Numbered from the stretch's first letter, positions 1-9,098 are shown. The stretch is 32,000 nt of DNA from Nostoc punctiforme PCC 73102 (GCF_000020025.1 NC_010628.1:1320001-1352000); one strand, 5' to 3'. Program-made: numbers and translations. The notes: generated from the sequence alone by a model not told the origin.

Positions 1-1395
1 ATTCAAAGAGCTGTTGGATTTGAATTTGAATTTGGAGAATGGAAATCCTACAAAAATGATGACAAGAAAAGTCGATTAGCTAAAGGTGAAGAAATTATTT
101 CGGGAACGGGATATAAAATTGAAGGAGAAGATACATACGATAGTAAAGTATCTGCTGTTGAAGTCGTCACAAAGCCATACACAACAAGAAAAGAAGCCTT
201 AGAATCTGTCACCGAAGCTCAAGAAAAAATGCAGTCAATGTCAAAAGATGGAGAGGACATAGGACATCTGGCAAATAAGTATGGTGGTAAGGCAAGTGTT
301 TTTATTGAGCCGCATGGAAAAGCTGGTAAAGTCCAAGCCTCAGCTGCTATTCCCCTTGATAAGCTTGCGAATTTGTATTCAATTCAAGCAGGTGGTGATG
401 GGAAAGGTCTAGGAGCTTCAGTTACAACTAAACTACAAAATGAAGATTTAAAAAACAAGTACTTGGATGGTAAAGATGCCAGTCCTGAACTGATTGGTCT
501 AGTGACACTTGTCTTAGATTATATCGAACAAGGATCGGGTAAAGGAAATCTCAGTTATCCAAAATCCACGTTCAAACTCATGGCAAGAACTTCATTTGAT
601 AAAATGTTGACTCTTGTTCCAGAACACTCATTCTTTAGTAATAAGAGCAATATAGATAAATGGGCTGGTTTAGTATTGGAGATTGCCGCTAGTCTTGGGA
701 TGAGCAAAAAACAAGAAGTAGTAGAGTCTAAAAAATCTGTAATGACAGATGTTGAGGTCAAAAAAGAACGGAAGTTTAAATGGATGACTCGAATATTTGG
801 AAAGAGAAAAGTAACCGAAAAAGTCATGAAAGAGTTTATAATGAAACAACCAACTTTTGTGAAAAAAACCGCAGAAGAGTTAGCGGAAGAACCAATTATA
901 AATCAAGTTCTTATGGGTATGGAATTATTGCCCGAAGACTCAGATAAAGATAAGCAATCTTACAAGCTAAAAATTAAACGAATTGAATGGCTTAAAGGGA
1001 TGCTAAAAGAAGATTTAATCAGTAAGGCAACAGATAAGCGTTTTGAGGGGATGGGATCATACGGAGTCTCAACAGATGTCCAGGTGATACCAGAAGACAT
1101 TGAAGTAGTAACAGAAAAAGCCGTCTCCAAAGCAGTGGATGAATTAGAGAATGAAGACGAAGCTCAGTCTAAATCGGTTTCTAAGGAAACAAAGGAAGCA
1201 CCTATTTTTGAGTTGCGTGGCATGAAGGATATGTTCGCTATTCAACAAGATATTAATCTAACTGATTGGACTGAGAAAGTAAAAGCAGTGTTTGAAGTGA
1301 TTGAAGAAGCGAATAAAGGAGAATCGTTTGCACCTGGCGGAAAACCGAATATTCCAAAGGATGTAGACAAGCCTGATATTTGGGAGAAAGTTTGA
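1..1395 (+). CDS. 5'-truncated ORF, hypothetical protein; candidate C-terminal cargo/toxin portion of a CIS-associated protein
   Basis: Frame 1 is open from nt 1, with no stop before the first listed Met at 229. Stop is TGA 1393-1395. It is visibly AT-richer than its neighbours. It begins IQRAVGFEFEF; a similar VQRAL junction follows the DUF4157 core in the 2487-3899 protein. The 3' flank is shared with that gene. Confidence 0.6.
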   Translation: MQRAVGFEFEFGEWKSYKNDDKKSRLAKGEEIISGTGYKIEGEDTYDSKVSAVEVVTKPYTTRKEALESVTEAQEKMQSMSKDGEDIGHLANKYGGKASVFIEPHGKAGKVQASAAIPLDKLANLYSIQAGGDGKGLGASVTTKLQNEDLKNKYLDGKDASPELIGLVTLVLDYIEQGSGKGNLSYPKSTFKLMARTSFDKMLTLVPEHSFFSNKSNIDKWAGLVLEIAASLGMSKKQEVVESKKSVMTDVEVKKERKFKWMTRIFGKRKVTEKVMKEFIMKQPTFVKKTAEELAEEPIINQVLMGMELLPEDSDKDKQSYKLKIKRIEWLKGMLKEDLISKATDKRFEGMGSYGVSTDVQVIPEDIEVVTEKAVSKAVDELENEDEAQSKSVSKETKEAPIFELRGMKDMFAIQQDINLTDWTEKVKAVFEVIEEANKGESFAPGGKPNIPKDVDKPDIWEKV

Positions 1396-1407
1396 TCGTG
1401 GATCTTG

Positions 1408-1455
1408 TAGTGCGATCGCTCTCTCTATTCTCACTAAAAATGCGATTGCTGTTGT
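1408..1455. repeat. Copy 1 of a ~48-nt conserved 3' flank (TAGTGCGATCGC-YCTCTCYATTCT-SACT-MAAAATGCGATYGCT)
   Basis: Aligned by eye to 3897-3944; most positions are identical. Contains an extended HIP1 motif. Confidence 0.7.
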
Positions 1456-1541
1456 CGGTTGAGTGCGATCGCCTGTTGATGTTTTTGTGAATGCGATCAC
1501 TGCTATGACGATAAAATAAGAGTGCGATCGCGATGTTGTCG

Positions 1542-1877
1542 TTAAAAAACTCCATAGCCCGTATATTCCCGCATTTCAGGAGATTGAAATCCAAGAACAA
1601 TATTATCTTTTGGAACCCCTCGCTCTACAAGTTCTTGAGCCACTCTCATTTCCGTCATATTCTGCTCAATCGAAATTTTTCCCTGTTTAATATCCAAATG
1701 TAAAACACAACCATAGACTCGCCGATGACCATCCCATCCCACATTGATAACCATGTAATGGTCTTGTTTTGTATCAAAAACAGTGTAACAATCAATCTGA
1801 CCATTGGCTATTGGGATAGCAGCATAAGCCGTCAACAACGACTGAATGATATGGCGATAAGATTCTAGGGTATCCAT
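1542..1877 (-). CDS. xisI: XisI family protein
   Basis: 111 aa. The sequence (MDTLESYRHIIQSLL...HYMVINVGWDG..RVYGCVLHLDIK.GKI.IEQN.TE) is typical of cyanobacterial XisI. It overlaps the xisH stop by 13 nt. Confidence 0.9.
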   Translation of the reverse strand: MDTLESYRHIIQSLLTAYAAIPIANGQIDCYTVFDTKQDHYMVINVGWDGHRRVYGCVLHLDIKQGKISIEQNMTEMRVAQELVERGVPKDNIVLGFQSPEMREYTGYGVF

Positions 1878-2281
1878 TGTACAATTACCTCTTGAATTGG
1901 GTCATCAATAATTTGTTTAATCTGATATCTCTCTACAGATATTTGGGCAAATTCCCGCTTGAAAAAAGCTTCATAAACACCTATAGGCACTGCCAAATAG
2001 AGAATGCGAGTTGGATCGCTGATTTCTAAGGCAAGCCGATAATTCAAAAACTGTCCTAATGCAGCATGATAATCTGTTAGTGGTGAATCACTCAGGAACG
2101 TTTTAATCTCAACTGCAATTTTTTGTTCACCTCGCTCTGCTGCTAACAGTTGCTCTGCACCTAAATCTATTTCAAACTTAGTTCCGCCAACTTCCAGTCG
2201 CAGAGGATCATCGGTTATCTTCCACTGCTCCTTTTCTAAAGCAATTCTAACCACAGCATGAAATTTATCTTTAGCTGCCAT
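1865..2281 (-). CDS. xisH: XisH family protein
   Basis: MAAKDKFHAVVRIALEKEQWKITDDPL... is the typical XisH N-terminus. The start at Met10 of the listed ORF (2281) is preferred over 2308. Confidence 0.88.
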   Translation of the reverse strand: MAAKDKFHAVVRIALEKEQWKITDDPLRLEVGGTKFEIDLGAEQLLAAERGEQKIAVEIKTFLSDSPLTDYHAALGQFLNYRLALEISDPTRILYLAVPIGVYEAFFKREFAQISVERYQIKQIIDDPIQEVIVQWIP

Positions 2282-2486
2282 TGTTACCTTTTCTGATTTA
2301 CTTAACATTTTAGTGCGATCGCCAATCTTATCAGTTGAGTTGAGTGCGATCGCTCGATACCATAGAATCGGGTTCCAAAAAATTTATACTTTCGATAAAT
2401 TGTGTTACGAGTGCGATCGCAGTACTCTAGATGTTAATAACAGTAAAATATTGATTTAGCTACTGCTTGGGCATCTGGAGAAGAAA

Positions 2487-3899
2487 ATGAGAGAACATAT
2501 CAGCCGGCAGAAAAAAACTACTACAGGCTTCTCAATTCCATCCCTGAAACACCCGATACGCGGCTTTGGTTTGGAGTCATCGGCAATTTCACGCCAAGCA
2601 ATTCCTGAAATACAACCGCTCCATAAACCAGTTACTCACGATATCAGTCGTATACCACTGCGTACCCAAGCAAAACTCTCAATTAGCCAGCCGGGAGACA
2701 TTTACGAACAGGAAGCTGATAGCGTAGCACAACAGGTAATGCAAAGTATGGCGCAACCTGTAAATCATCAGTCTATCCAACGAGAAGCATTGCCAGAGGA
2801 AGAGGAAGAATTGCAGATGAAATCTCTGGACAATAGCACACTGCAACGAGAAGCATTGCCAGAGGATGAAGAAGAATTACAGATGAAGCCGATGGTGCAG
2901 CGTCAGGCTGGGATGGGTGCTACACCAGACCTGGAAACGTCCATCAACCAAGCAAGGGGTGGAGGAGTGGCGATCGCTGACAATATCCGCGAACCGATGG
3001 AACAGGCGTTTGGCGCAGATTTCAGTGGCGTGAAGGTTCACACAGATAGTAAGTCTGACCAGTTGAATCAATCAATACAGGCGCGGGCTTTCACGACGGG
3101 GCAGGATGTGTTCTTTCGACAGGGGGAATACAACCCTGGGAGTCAGGGCGGTCAGGAGTTATTGGCGCATGAGTTGACCCATGTTGTGCAGCAGAATGGG
3201 GGGATGGTTCAAAAAGCAACAAGAGGCAAGCTGCATGAAAATCATATCAGGCAAGGGTCTAAGGTTGTCCAACGCGCTCTTGATGGCACTCAGGTCAGCG
3301 GAATCCATAAGGAATCCTACGGTTTGGTCAGTGTAGATTGGAATGCAGCAACGAATGAAGCAGGGGCCCATGTAAGACCAGCGGGGCAAGGGGAACATTT
3401 AAATAAAGCAGACATGTTGGCTGCTGTCAATGATATTTATCAGGCATTACATACAAGAGAGCAAAATGGCAGAATAAAGGGATATGTGCAAGTAGACCCG
3501 CAGGGAGCAGCAGTAGTCAAGAGTGTAGTAGAACTCCTTGGAGCAGCATTAGGCAGCACATGGGGAGTTTTACAAGCTAAGGGCTTGACAGTGTGGCGTA
3601 AGTCATTTAGTAGCGTGAATAAGAACAAATCTGGTGTGATTGCTCCAGAGATCGTATCAGAACACATCGCCTGGCTAAAAGCCCTTGAAAGTAGAGGTGT
3701 ATTTATTCTGCCGATAGGGCTAAACGAGCCTGGATTAACGGCTGACGACTTCATGGAGAGTATGGTCAGTGGCAGCGACATAGGCAAGCAAAGGCTTGCT
3801 GCGTATGAATCTTGGATTAATCAAGGCAATGAGGTAGGCTTAATCATCAGGCTTGATCTTGCCCAGCTTGGGAACGTAAGAAATGTGCTCCAAGGATAG
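2487..3899 (+). CDS. DUF4157 domain protein (HExxH, LAHELTHVVQQ) with an uncharacterised C-terminal domain; candidate CIS cargo/effector
   Basis: The DUF4157 core is about aa 157-234 (FGADFSGVKVHTD...AFTTGQDVFF..G......G..LLAHELTHVVQQ). It is preceded by two REALPE(E/D)EEELQMK acidic repeats (nt 2778-2822 and 2844-2888). About 235 aa of C-terminal region have no motif I recognise. Confidence 0.85.
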   Translation: MREHISRQKKTTTGFSIPSLKHPIRGFGLESSAISRQAIPEIQPLHKPVTHDISRIPLRTQAKLSISQPGDIYEQEADSVAQQVMQSMAQPVNHQSIQREALPEEEEELQMKSLDNSTLQREALPEDEEELQMKPMVQRQAGMGATPDLETSINQARGGGVAIADNIREPMEQAFGADFSGVKVHTDSKSDQLNQSIQARAFTTGQDVFFRQGEYNPGSQGGQELLAHELTHVVQQNGGMVQKATRGKLHENHIRQGSKVVQRALDGTQVSGIHKESYGLVSVDWNAATNEAGAHVRPAGQGEHLNKADMLAAVNDIYQALHTREQNGRIKGYVQVDPQGAAVVKSVVELLGAALGSTWGVLQAKGLTVWRKSFSSVNKNKSGVIAPEIVSEHIAWLKALESRGVFILPIGLNEPGLTADDFMESMVSGSDIGKQRLAAYESWINQGNEVGLIIRLDLAQLGNVRNVLQG

Positions 3900-3944
3900 T
3901 GCGATCGCCCTCTCCATTCTGACTCAAAATGCGATCGCTACTTT
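3897..3944. repeat. Copy 2 of the conserved 3' flank shared with 1408-1455
   Basis: TAGTGCGATCGCCCTCTCCATTCTGACTCAAAATGCGATCGCT begins at the stop codon of the DUF4157 gene. Confidence 0.7.
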
Positions 3945-4113
3945 TGTAGTGATATTCTCAACATCTGAAAATAGCTCGTGTAGGGTACATTAACGAAGTG
4001 TAATATCAAACTCAGGTTAATTTATGGTGTCGCCAAAATTAACCAAAATTAAAAGGTAGTTGATGGGTTATCAACTACCCTTAAAAATTGACAGTTTTTA
4101 GTTAAACATTTTC

Positions 4114-4758
4114 CTACACAACATACACCGTAAAATTAACTAGATTATCCTGGCCAAATCGCAGTACATCGCCATTAAGCAGGCGATATTGCATACCCGG
4201 AGTTAGAGGATTGTTGTTTAAATAAATACCATTTGTACTCATGTCAACAATCATGTATGCATTTTGCGACCAGTCCCAATCGACTCGCGCATGACGACGA
4301 GAGACTATTCCCTCACTGGGAATGCCGGTCAAATCAATTTCTGGCGGCGCTATTCCTGGACTTTGACTGCGGCGACCAATATAACCTCCTTCCCCAACGA
4401 GGTGAAATTCCCTGCCGGTGGTATGAATCAGCTTTAAGGCTGGCGCTCTTTGAGGCGGAGGGACATAAGCAGGCGGTGTTGGTTGATAAGAAACTCGTGG
4501 CTGATAGACTGTTGAATAATCAACGGGAGCCTGTTGGGGAGGTTGGTAATTAGGTTGCTCTGTAGGCGGTCGTTGATACTGAGCAGGTGGTGGTTGACTA
4601 GGTTGTTGCTGAATAGGCGGTGGTTGACTAGGAGGTTGTGGTGTCGGGGAAACTACATTACCCACAGGAGTGGAACACCAGGGACAAACCTTAGCATTGT
4701 TAGGCAGGGCGCGGTTAAAATATTCGCAACTAGGATTGGGGCACCGATTTGCAGGCAT
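4114..4758 (-). CDS. Zinc-ribbon / Pro-Gln-rich linker / FHA domain protein (FraH-like architecture)
   Basis: N-terminal CPNPSC...CPWC four-Cys ribbon, then a PQ-rich low-complexity linker. C-terminal FHA signature: GR......IDL....VSRRHA.......Y.I.D..STNG...N. The start overlaps the stop of the upstream gene by 29 nt. Confidence 0.85.
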   Translation of the reverse strand: MPANRCPNPSCEYFNRALPNNAKVCPWCSTPVGNVVSPTPQPPSQPPPIQQQPSQPPPAQYQRPPTEQPNYQPPQQAPVDYSTVYQPRVSYQPTPPAYVPPPQRAPALKLIHTTGREFHLVGEGGYIGRRSQSPGIAPPEIDLTGIPSEGIVSRRHARVDWDWSQNAYMIVDMSTNGIYLNNNPLTPGMQYRLLNGDVLRFGQDNLVNFTVYVV

Positions 4759-6880
4759 AGGAATTTATATCATCAGGCATAGGTTGTAAAGCTACGAGAC
4801 CTACTTTACTAAGTAAACACTGACCCTGACGAGTGGTTAGCATCTGGGCAAATGTAGAACCACCAGGCAGGCGACTGGTGTCTTTAGGGTACACTACAAA
4901 AATAGGGTATCCCAAGGGGTAGCTTTGGAATGTTGTGACATCAACATAATAATCATCATGTTGACACAAATCATCTGAGGGATTAATTGAGCGGCGATCG
5001 CGCCGTTGAAACAGAGGTTGAATCGCTGATTTTTTGCCATCTGCGATCGCTAGCGGATAACCAGTACACTGGCTCGAAGTTTTACTGATAATGCCAAAGC
5101 TGATAATACCAGTGGTTCGCCCCTCTAAAGTCTCGCTGCGTATCTGGTTCTGGGTTTTTGTTGTATCTATTTTCGTATTTTTAACAGTGTCTTCAAATAA
5201 AGCTTCGTCTTGAAAGACATTTTTGAGAACTATGTCTTTAAATTTACTGATTGCTTCTGGTTCTGTTGGGGCAAAAGGTTTCACAGCTAAATTTGGAAGT
5301 TTGGGACTAATTTGTTGCCAATTGGTAATTTTACCTGTGTAAATTTGACGCAATTGCTCAAGACTTATTTGCCCTCCAAGAGCATTAGCAAGATTTGAGT
5401 CTCTCTTATTAAATGCTACAAAAACAAGTAATCCATCATAAGCAACTTGTTTTTTAGAAAGTTTATCTGTGATGTTCTCTACCAAACTAGTAATTGCAAA
5501 ATCTTTTTTGTTTGTTTCAACTTCTTCGATACTTTTAATCGGATTCTTGACGTTTGATGACAAAACAGGCTCATAGTTAAATGTTGCTGTTGCATCTGGC
5601 TTTGGTCTGGTCAATAACTCTCCTAAACGACTATTTTCTACTGATTGTGTTAAAATATAACTCCATGTACTGTCCTTTTCTCCTGTGTAAGCAAATTGTC
5701 CGGCAGGAACATTAGGGACTTCGGAGAAATTTCGCACAAGTCTAGACCATAATATATATTGATTAGGACTATCTGTTTTTTTGCCCAAAAGCCAATACAA
5801 AATTCCTCCGCCGAGTAGTAATAAAGCCAGAATTACTATCAGGATTAAAGGCATTGGTAAACGCTTTTCTATTGCTTGAGAACCTGGCGATGACACTGAA
5901 CTTTTACCACGATTTTCTTTGGGAAGTTGCAGCAGTGCTTGACGAGCCGTTTCCGCATTCTCGAAAGGAGTTTCTAGACCAATGAGGCGATAAATAAACT
6001 GCTTTAAATGGCTATCAGTATCCGGCCATTGTTGATTATCTCTAGGGTCGAGAGGCTGGTTGGATAAAAAATTAGTTGTCCGTCCTGTCCATAGATAAAA
6101 GGCTAGCAATCCTAATGATTCTAAATCTTGCTCAGGTCTGGCGGGCGCGGGTTGAGGAATAATAGGTGGAATAAATAAGTTTTCCCAGGTCGCTAAATCA
6201 CAAAAGTATATAGAGAATTTTTGATTATTTTCTAGTTTAATTAAAGTACTATCTAAACTGATATTGCCGTGAGTTATACCCAACTGTACTTGATTTGAGG
6301 GAAAACGCAGCTTTTGGGTGTGGAGAAACTGGAGAGTTTGTAAACCTTGATTTAATACTTCCCGCACATCAGGAGATGTCATCGCGCCCTTTTCTATGAG
6401 ATATTTCCCTAAAGTTTGGGATGATTCGATTCCTTGAGTGATCAGATAGCAGCGTTCTCCTTTTTCATCTGCGATCGCTTCTTTAGTTTCTACAAGACGA
6501 AAGTTTTGAATTCGACTATCGGCTAAACTTACCCCACCCACCCGTTTGAAAGTCTCTTTCCGCTTCAGAGTCTCGCTTTCATTAAAACAACGATTGGGTA
6601 GTAGGTATTCTTTGATGATGACAGGCTGTTTATCTTTAAGTTGAATCCCTGAGTATAGGCGGCCTAAACCCCGTACACCAATAAAACTAGCTATTTGATA
6701 AGTTCCCTGACTTCCTTTAATCTCAGCCTCCTGTGGTAAAGTCGCTGGAAAACCACATTCCAAGCAAAACTTAGCCCCCTTGATTTGCTGCGCGGTTTGG
6801 AAAGGGCGATCGCAACTTAAGGGAGAATTATACGAGCAGGGGTATTCTTGATAAAAAGATTCAAATGAAGGCATATACAA
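4730..6880 (-). CDS. Protein-kinase-like protein (catalytic-loop Asp replaced) with four-Cys prefix, one TM helix and a C-terminal periplasmic substrate-binding (PstS/PBP-like) domain
   Basis: CxxxxxxxxC...CLEC prefix; Gly-loop GVRGLGRLY; VIIKEY lysine motif. The catalytic loop reads THGNISLDS instead of H(R/G)DxKxxN, and CDL replaces DFG. TM helix is MPLILIVILALLLLGGGILYWLL, followed by about 340 aa of extracytoplasmic domain. Confidence 0.8.
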   Translation of the reverse strand: MYMPSFESFYQEYPCSYNSPLSCDRPFQTAQQIKGAKFCLECGFPATLPQEAEIKGSQGTYQIASFIGVRGLGRLYSGIQLKDKQPVIIKEYLLPNRCFNESETLKRKETFKRVGGVSLADSRIQNFRLVETKEAIADEKGERCYLITQGIESSQTLGKYLIEKGAMTSPDVREVLNQGLQTLQFLHTQKLRFPSNQVQLGITHGNISLDSTLIKLENNQKFSIYFCDLATWENLFIPPIIPQPAPARPEQDLESLGLLAFYLWTGRTTNFLSNQPLDPRDNQQWPDTDSHLKQFIYRLIGLETPFENAETARQALLQLPKENRGKSSVSSPGSQAIEKRLPMPLILIVILALLLLGGGILYWLLGKKTDSPNQYILWSRLVRNFSEVPNVPAGQFAYTGEKDSTWSYILTQSVENSRLGELLTRPKPDATATFNYEPVLSSNVKNPIKSIEEVETNKKDFAITSLVENITDKLSKKQVAYDGLLVFVAFNKRDSNLANALGGQISLEQLRQIYTGKITNWQQISPKLPNLAVKPFAPTEPEAISKFKDIVLKNVFQDEALFEDTVKNTKIDTTKTQNQIRSETLEGRTTGIISFGIISKTSSQCTGYPLAIADGKKSAIQPLFQRRDRRSINPSDDLCQHDDYYVDVTTFQSYPLGYPIFVVYPKDTSRLPGGSTFAQMLTTRQGQCLLSKVGLVALQPMPDDINSYACKSVPQS

Positions 6881-6917
6881 AAAGTTTCGTGAATTGCGCC
6901 GATTACTTTCGTCGCGC

Positions 6918-7598
6918 TCAAGCGTGAACTAATCCTAACTTGAGGGCAGCCACAATAGCTTGAGTCCGACTAGTAACCTTCAATTTTTCAAAAATACTGG
7001 TGAGATGCGCCTTAACAGTAGCAACTGTTACATATAAATGTTTAGCGATTTCTTCATTAGAAGCACCTTGAGTTAACCAGTATAAAACTTCTTGCTCTCT
7101 TTCGGTTAAATGCACCTCATGACATGCTTTCAGACAAGAGTCTGAATAAGCCTGAAAAAACCGGAAAAATCGACTAGCAACTTCTGAAGGTAAATAAATT
7201 TCCGCTCTTGTAACAGTGTCAATAGCCTCACACAATTGTGTTGCCACACGATTTTTAAACACATAACCGGCGGCTCCCGCCTGCATTGCTCTAAAAATCC
7301 AGTCGTCTTCTTGATGAGCCGACAACACTAAAACTTTGCCAGTGTAAGCAGTTTCCTTAAGACTTGCCAGAACTGTAATCCCATCACATCCCTTCAATTG
7401 CATATCCAGCAAAATTAAATCTGGACACTTCTGGGCTGTAAACTTTAAAACCTGCTCCACAGAATCTGCATCACCTATAACTTCTACAGGTAATGCAGAA
7501 TTAATACTATAAAAATTTAGGAGAGTACGTAATCCTTGGCGGAAGCGTTCTTCATCATCTACCAGCAAAACCGAAAGTTTCTTACTATCATTAGCCAT
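6918..7598 (-). CDS. Response regulator, NarL/LuxR family (REC + HTH)
   Basis: LLVDDE...DLILLDMQL receiver motifs; C-terminal LTEREQEVLYWLTQGASNEEIA...TVKAHLTSIFEKL LuxR-type HTH. Confidence 0.9.
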   Translation of the reverse strand: MANDSKKLSVLLVDDEERFRQGLRTLLNFYSINSALPVEVIGDADSVEQVLKFTAQKCPDLILLDMQLKGCDGITVLASLKETAYTGKVLVLSAHQEDDWIFRAMQAGAAGYVFKNRVATQLCEAIDTVTRAEIYLPSEVASRFFRFFQAYSDSCLKACHEVHLTEREQEVLYWLTQGASNEEIAKHLYVTVATVKAHLTSIFEKLKVTSRTQAIVAALKLGLVHA

Positions 7599-7652
7599 CT
7601 TTTTAATTACAAATTACGTTACCTACGTAGGAACATCATTACTAATTACGAA

Positions 7653-8795
7653 TTAATTCCCGCTCCTTGGTCGAGGCAAAATTACAGAAAATTGCGCTCC
7701 ATTTTCTGATAGGGCTTGTGCCCAGATACTTCCTTGATGATCCAAAATAATTTTCTTCGCAATAGTTAAGCCTAGTCCTGTACCTCCTTTGCGCCGGGAA
7801 TAAAATGGGGTAAATACTTTTTGTAAATCCTCTTGTGATAATCCTGGCCCTTGATCTGAAATTTTAATTAAAACTTCATCTTGAAAAACTTGCCAGCTAC
7901 AGGTAATAGTTCCTGAGTTAGGACTAAAATGGACGGCATTACTGAGGATATTATCAAATACTTGTTTCATTTGTAATTTGTCTATCTTCAGTATTGTCGA
8001 TGTATCTGGAATCAATATTTTAAGTTGTTTCTGATTAATTAGAGGCTGTAAGTTTTTGATGCTTTCATCAACTAAACTTCTTAAATCTTGAAGTTTTACC
8101 CTCAGCTTTGCACTTTGTCCACAATCAATTAGCTCATTTAAATTAGTATCTAAATCTTGTATACTTTCGCCGATGATTGTTGCTTGCTCTTGCCAAGGAC
8201 TATCCTCTAAACCTAAGCATAAGTTATGTGCATACAATCCTATAAGCCCTAGAGAGTTACGCAATTGATGGCCTATTCGATGCAAGATATCTTCCAGGAG
8301 TTGAATTTCAGTTTTTTGTCTTCCATAGTCCAAGTAAATATCTGCATACTTACTCAGCAGCATAGCAGAGCGTTTTACATATAATTGCAAGCTCTCTGAT
8401 AGAGGTTTATGAGTAATGATTTGAATGTATTCAGGTTTTTGATTCCTATAGGCAAAAGGGCAAACGTAAGAAATGGATGAAAAATCCTTAAGTTTAAATT
8501 CATGCAAAGTAAAAGCAGGCGGAAAATCTGTAAGCCATGCTTCAGAGCACAAATAAGCTAAAGTTTTTTGGGAAAAAGGAGCTTGGTCTTGACCATAATT
8601 TATAACTTCCTGATGATTTTTCAGCAAGTAATCATGATATACAATCCGAGCGAAAAAAATTGGATATTGACTAGTTAACTGTTCAGACTCTAACTGACAA
8701 TAGCTCTGAATATCTGAGGAGTTCAAATAATTCGAGCCATTCTCCAGTTTTTGTACATAAAAGCCTAGTGTCATAGCTTCACTCGCTTTTTGCAA
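7653..8795 (-). CDS. Cytoplasmic sensor histidine kinase (HisKA + HATPase_c) with an uncharacterised N-terminal domain
   Basis: H-box RIGHQLRNSL; N-box ILSNAVHFS; G-boxes DQGPGL and GGTGLGLTIAKKI. No obvious TM segments. An alternative start is Met8 (8774). Confidence 0.85.
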   Translation of the reverse strand: MQKASEAMTLGFYVQKLENGSNYLNSSDIQSYCQLESEQLTSQYPIFFARIVYHDYLLKNHQEVINYGQDQAPFSQKTLAYLCSEAWLTDFPPAFTLHEFKLKDFSSISYVCPFAYRNQKPEYIQIITHKPLSESLQLYVKRSAMLLSKYADIYLDYGRQKTEIQLLEDILHRIGHQLRNSLGLIGLYAHNLCLGLEDSPWQEQATIIGESIQDLDTNLNELIDCGQSAKLRVKLQDLRSLVDESIKNLQPLINQKQLKILIPDTSTILKIDKLQMKQVFDNILSNAVHFSPNSGTITCSWQVFQDEVLIKISDQGPGLSQEDLQKVFTPFYSRRKGGTGLGLTIAKKIILDHQGSIWAQALSENGAQFSVILPRPRSGN

Positions 8796-9098
8796 CCAAA
8801 TGTTTTTATTCTTCTGCTGACCAGTATAAATTTATGCAGTCTTAGTAATGTTTATTTTTTTATTAAGTTATCTTGTTAGATAATTAATACAAAGAATTAT
8901 TAAGTTTATGTTTATATATGCTTATCCTTTTTCTAAGTATATATAGGTACGTAAGGAAAATTATTTGTTACATCGAAATAAATTTTGTGGTGTGGTCATC
9001 TCGCCACTCCTATTAAGAACTGCTCCAGACTAATCTACAAACTGAAGTTACTGCTTTTCGGATTTTTGAAAATTTAATATCTTCCAGCCCACTCAAAT

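Noticed and set aside
1542-2308. xisH/xisI as evidence of a developmentally excised DNA element
   Set aside because: No XisA/XisC/XisF-type recombinase and no obvious element-border direct repeats are in the window. xisHI pairs occur widely outside excision elements.
555-4782. Antisense or shadow ORFs: 555-827, 1253-1600, 1258-1500, 2877-3071, 3159-3398, 3440-3787, 4233-4553, 4534-4782
   Set aside because: Each lies inside or opposite a longer ORF with recognisable motifs. They have odd composition (Cys/Arg/Leu-rich) and no recognisable motifs, or they run through HIP1-rich spacers.
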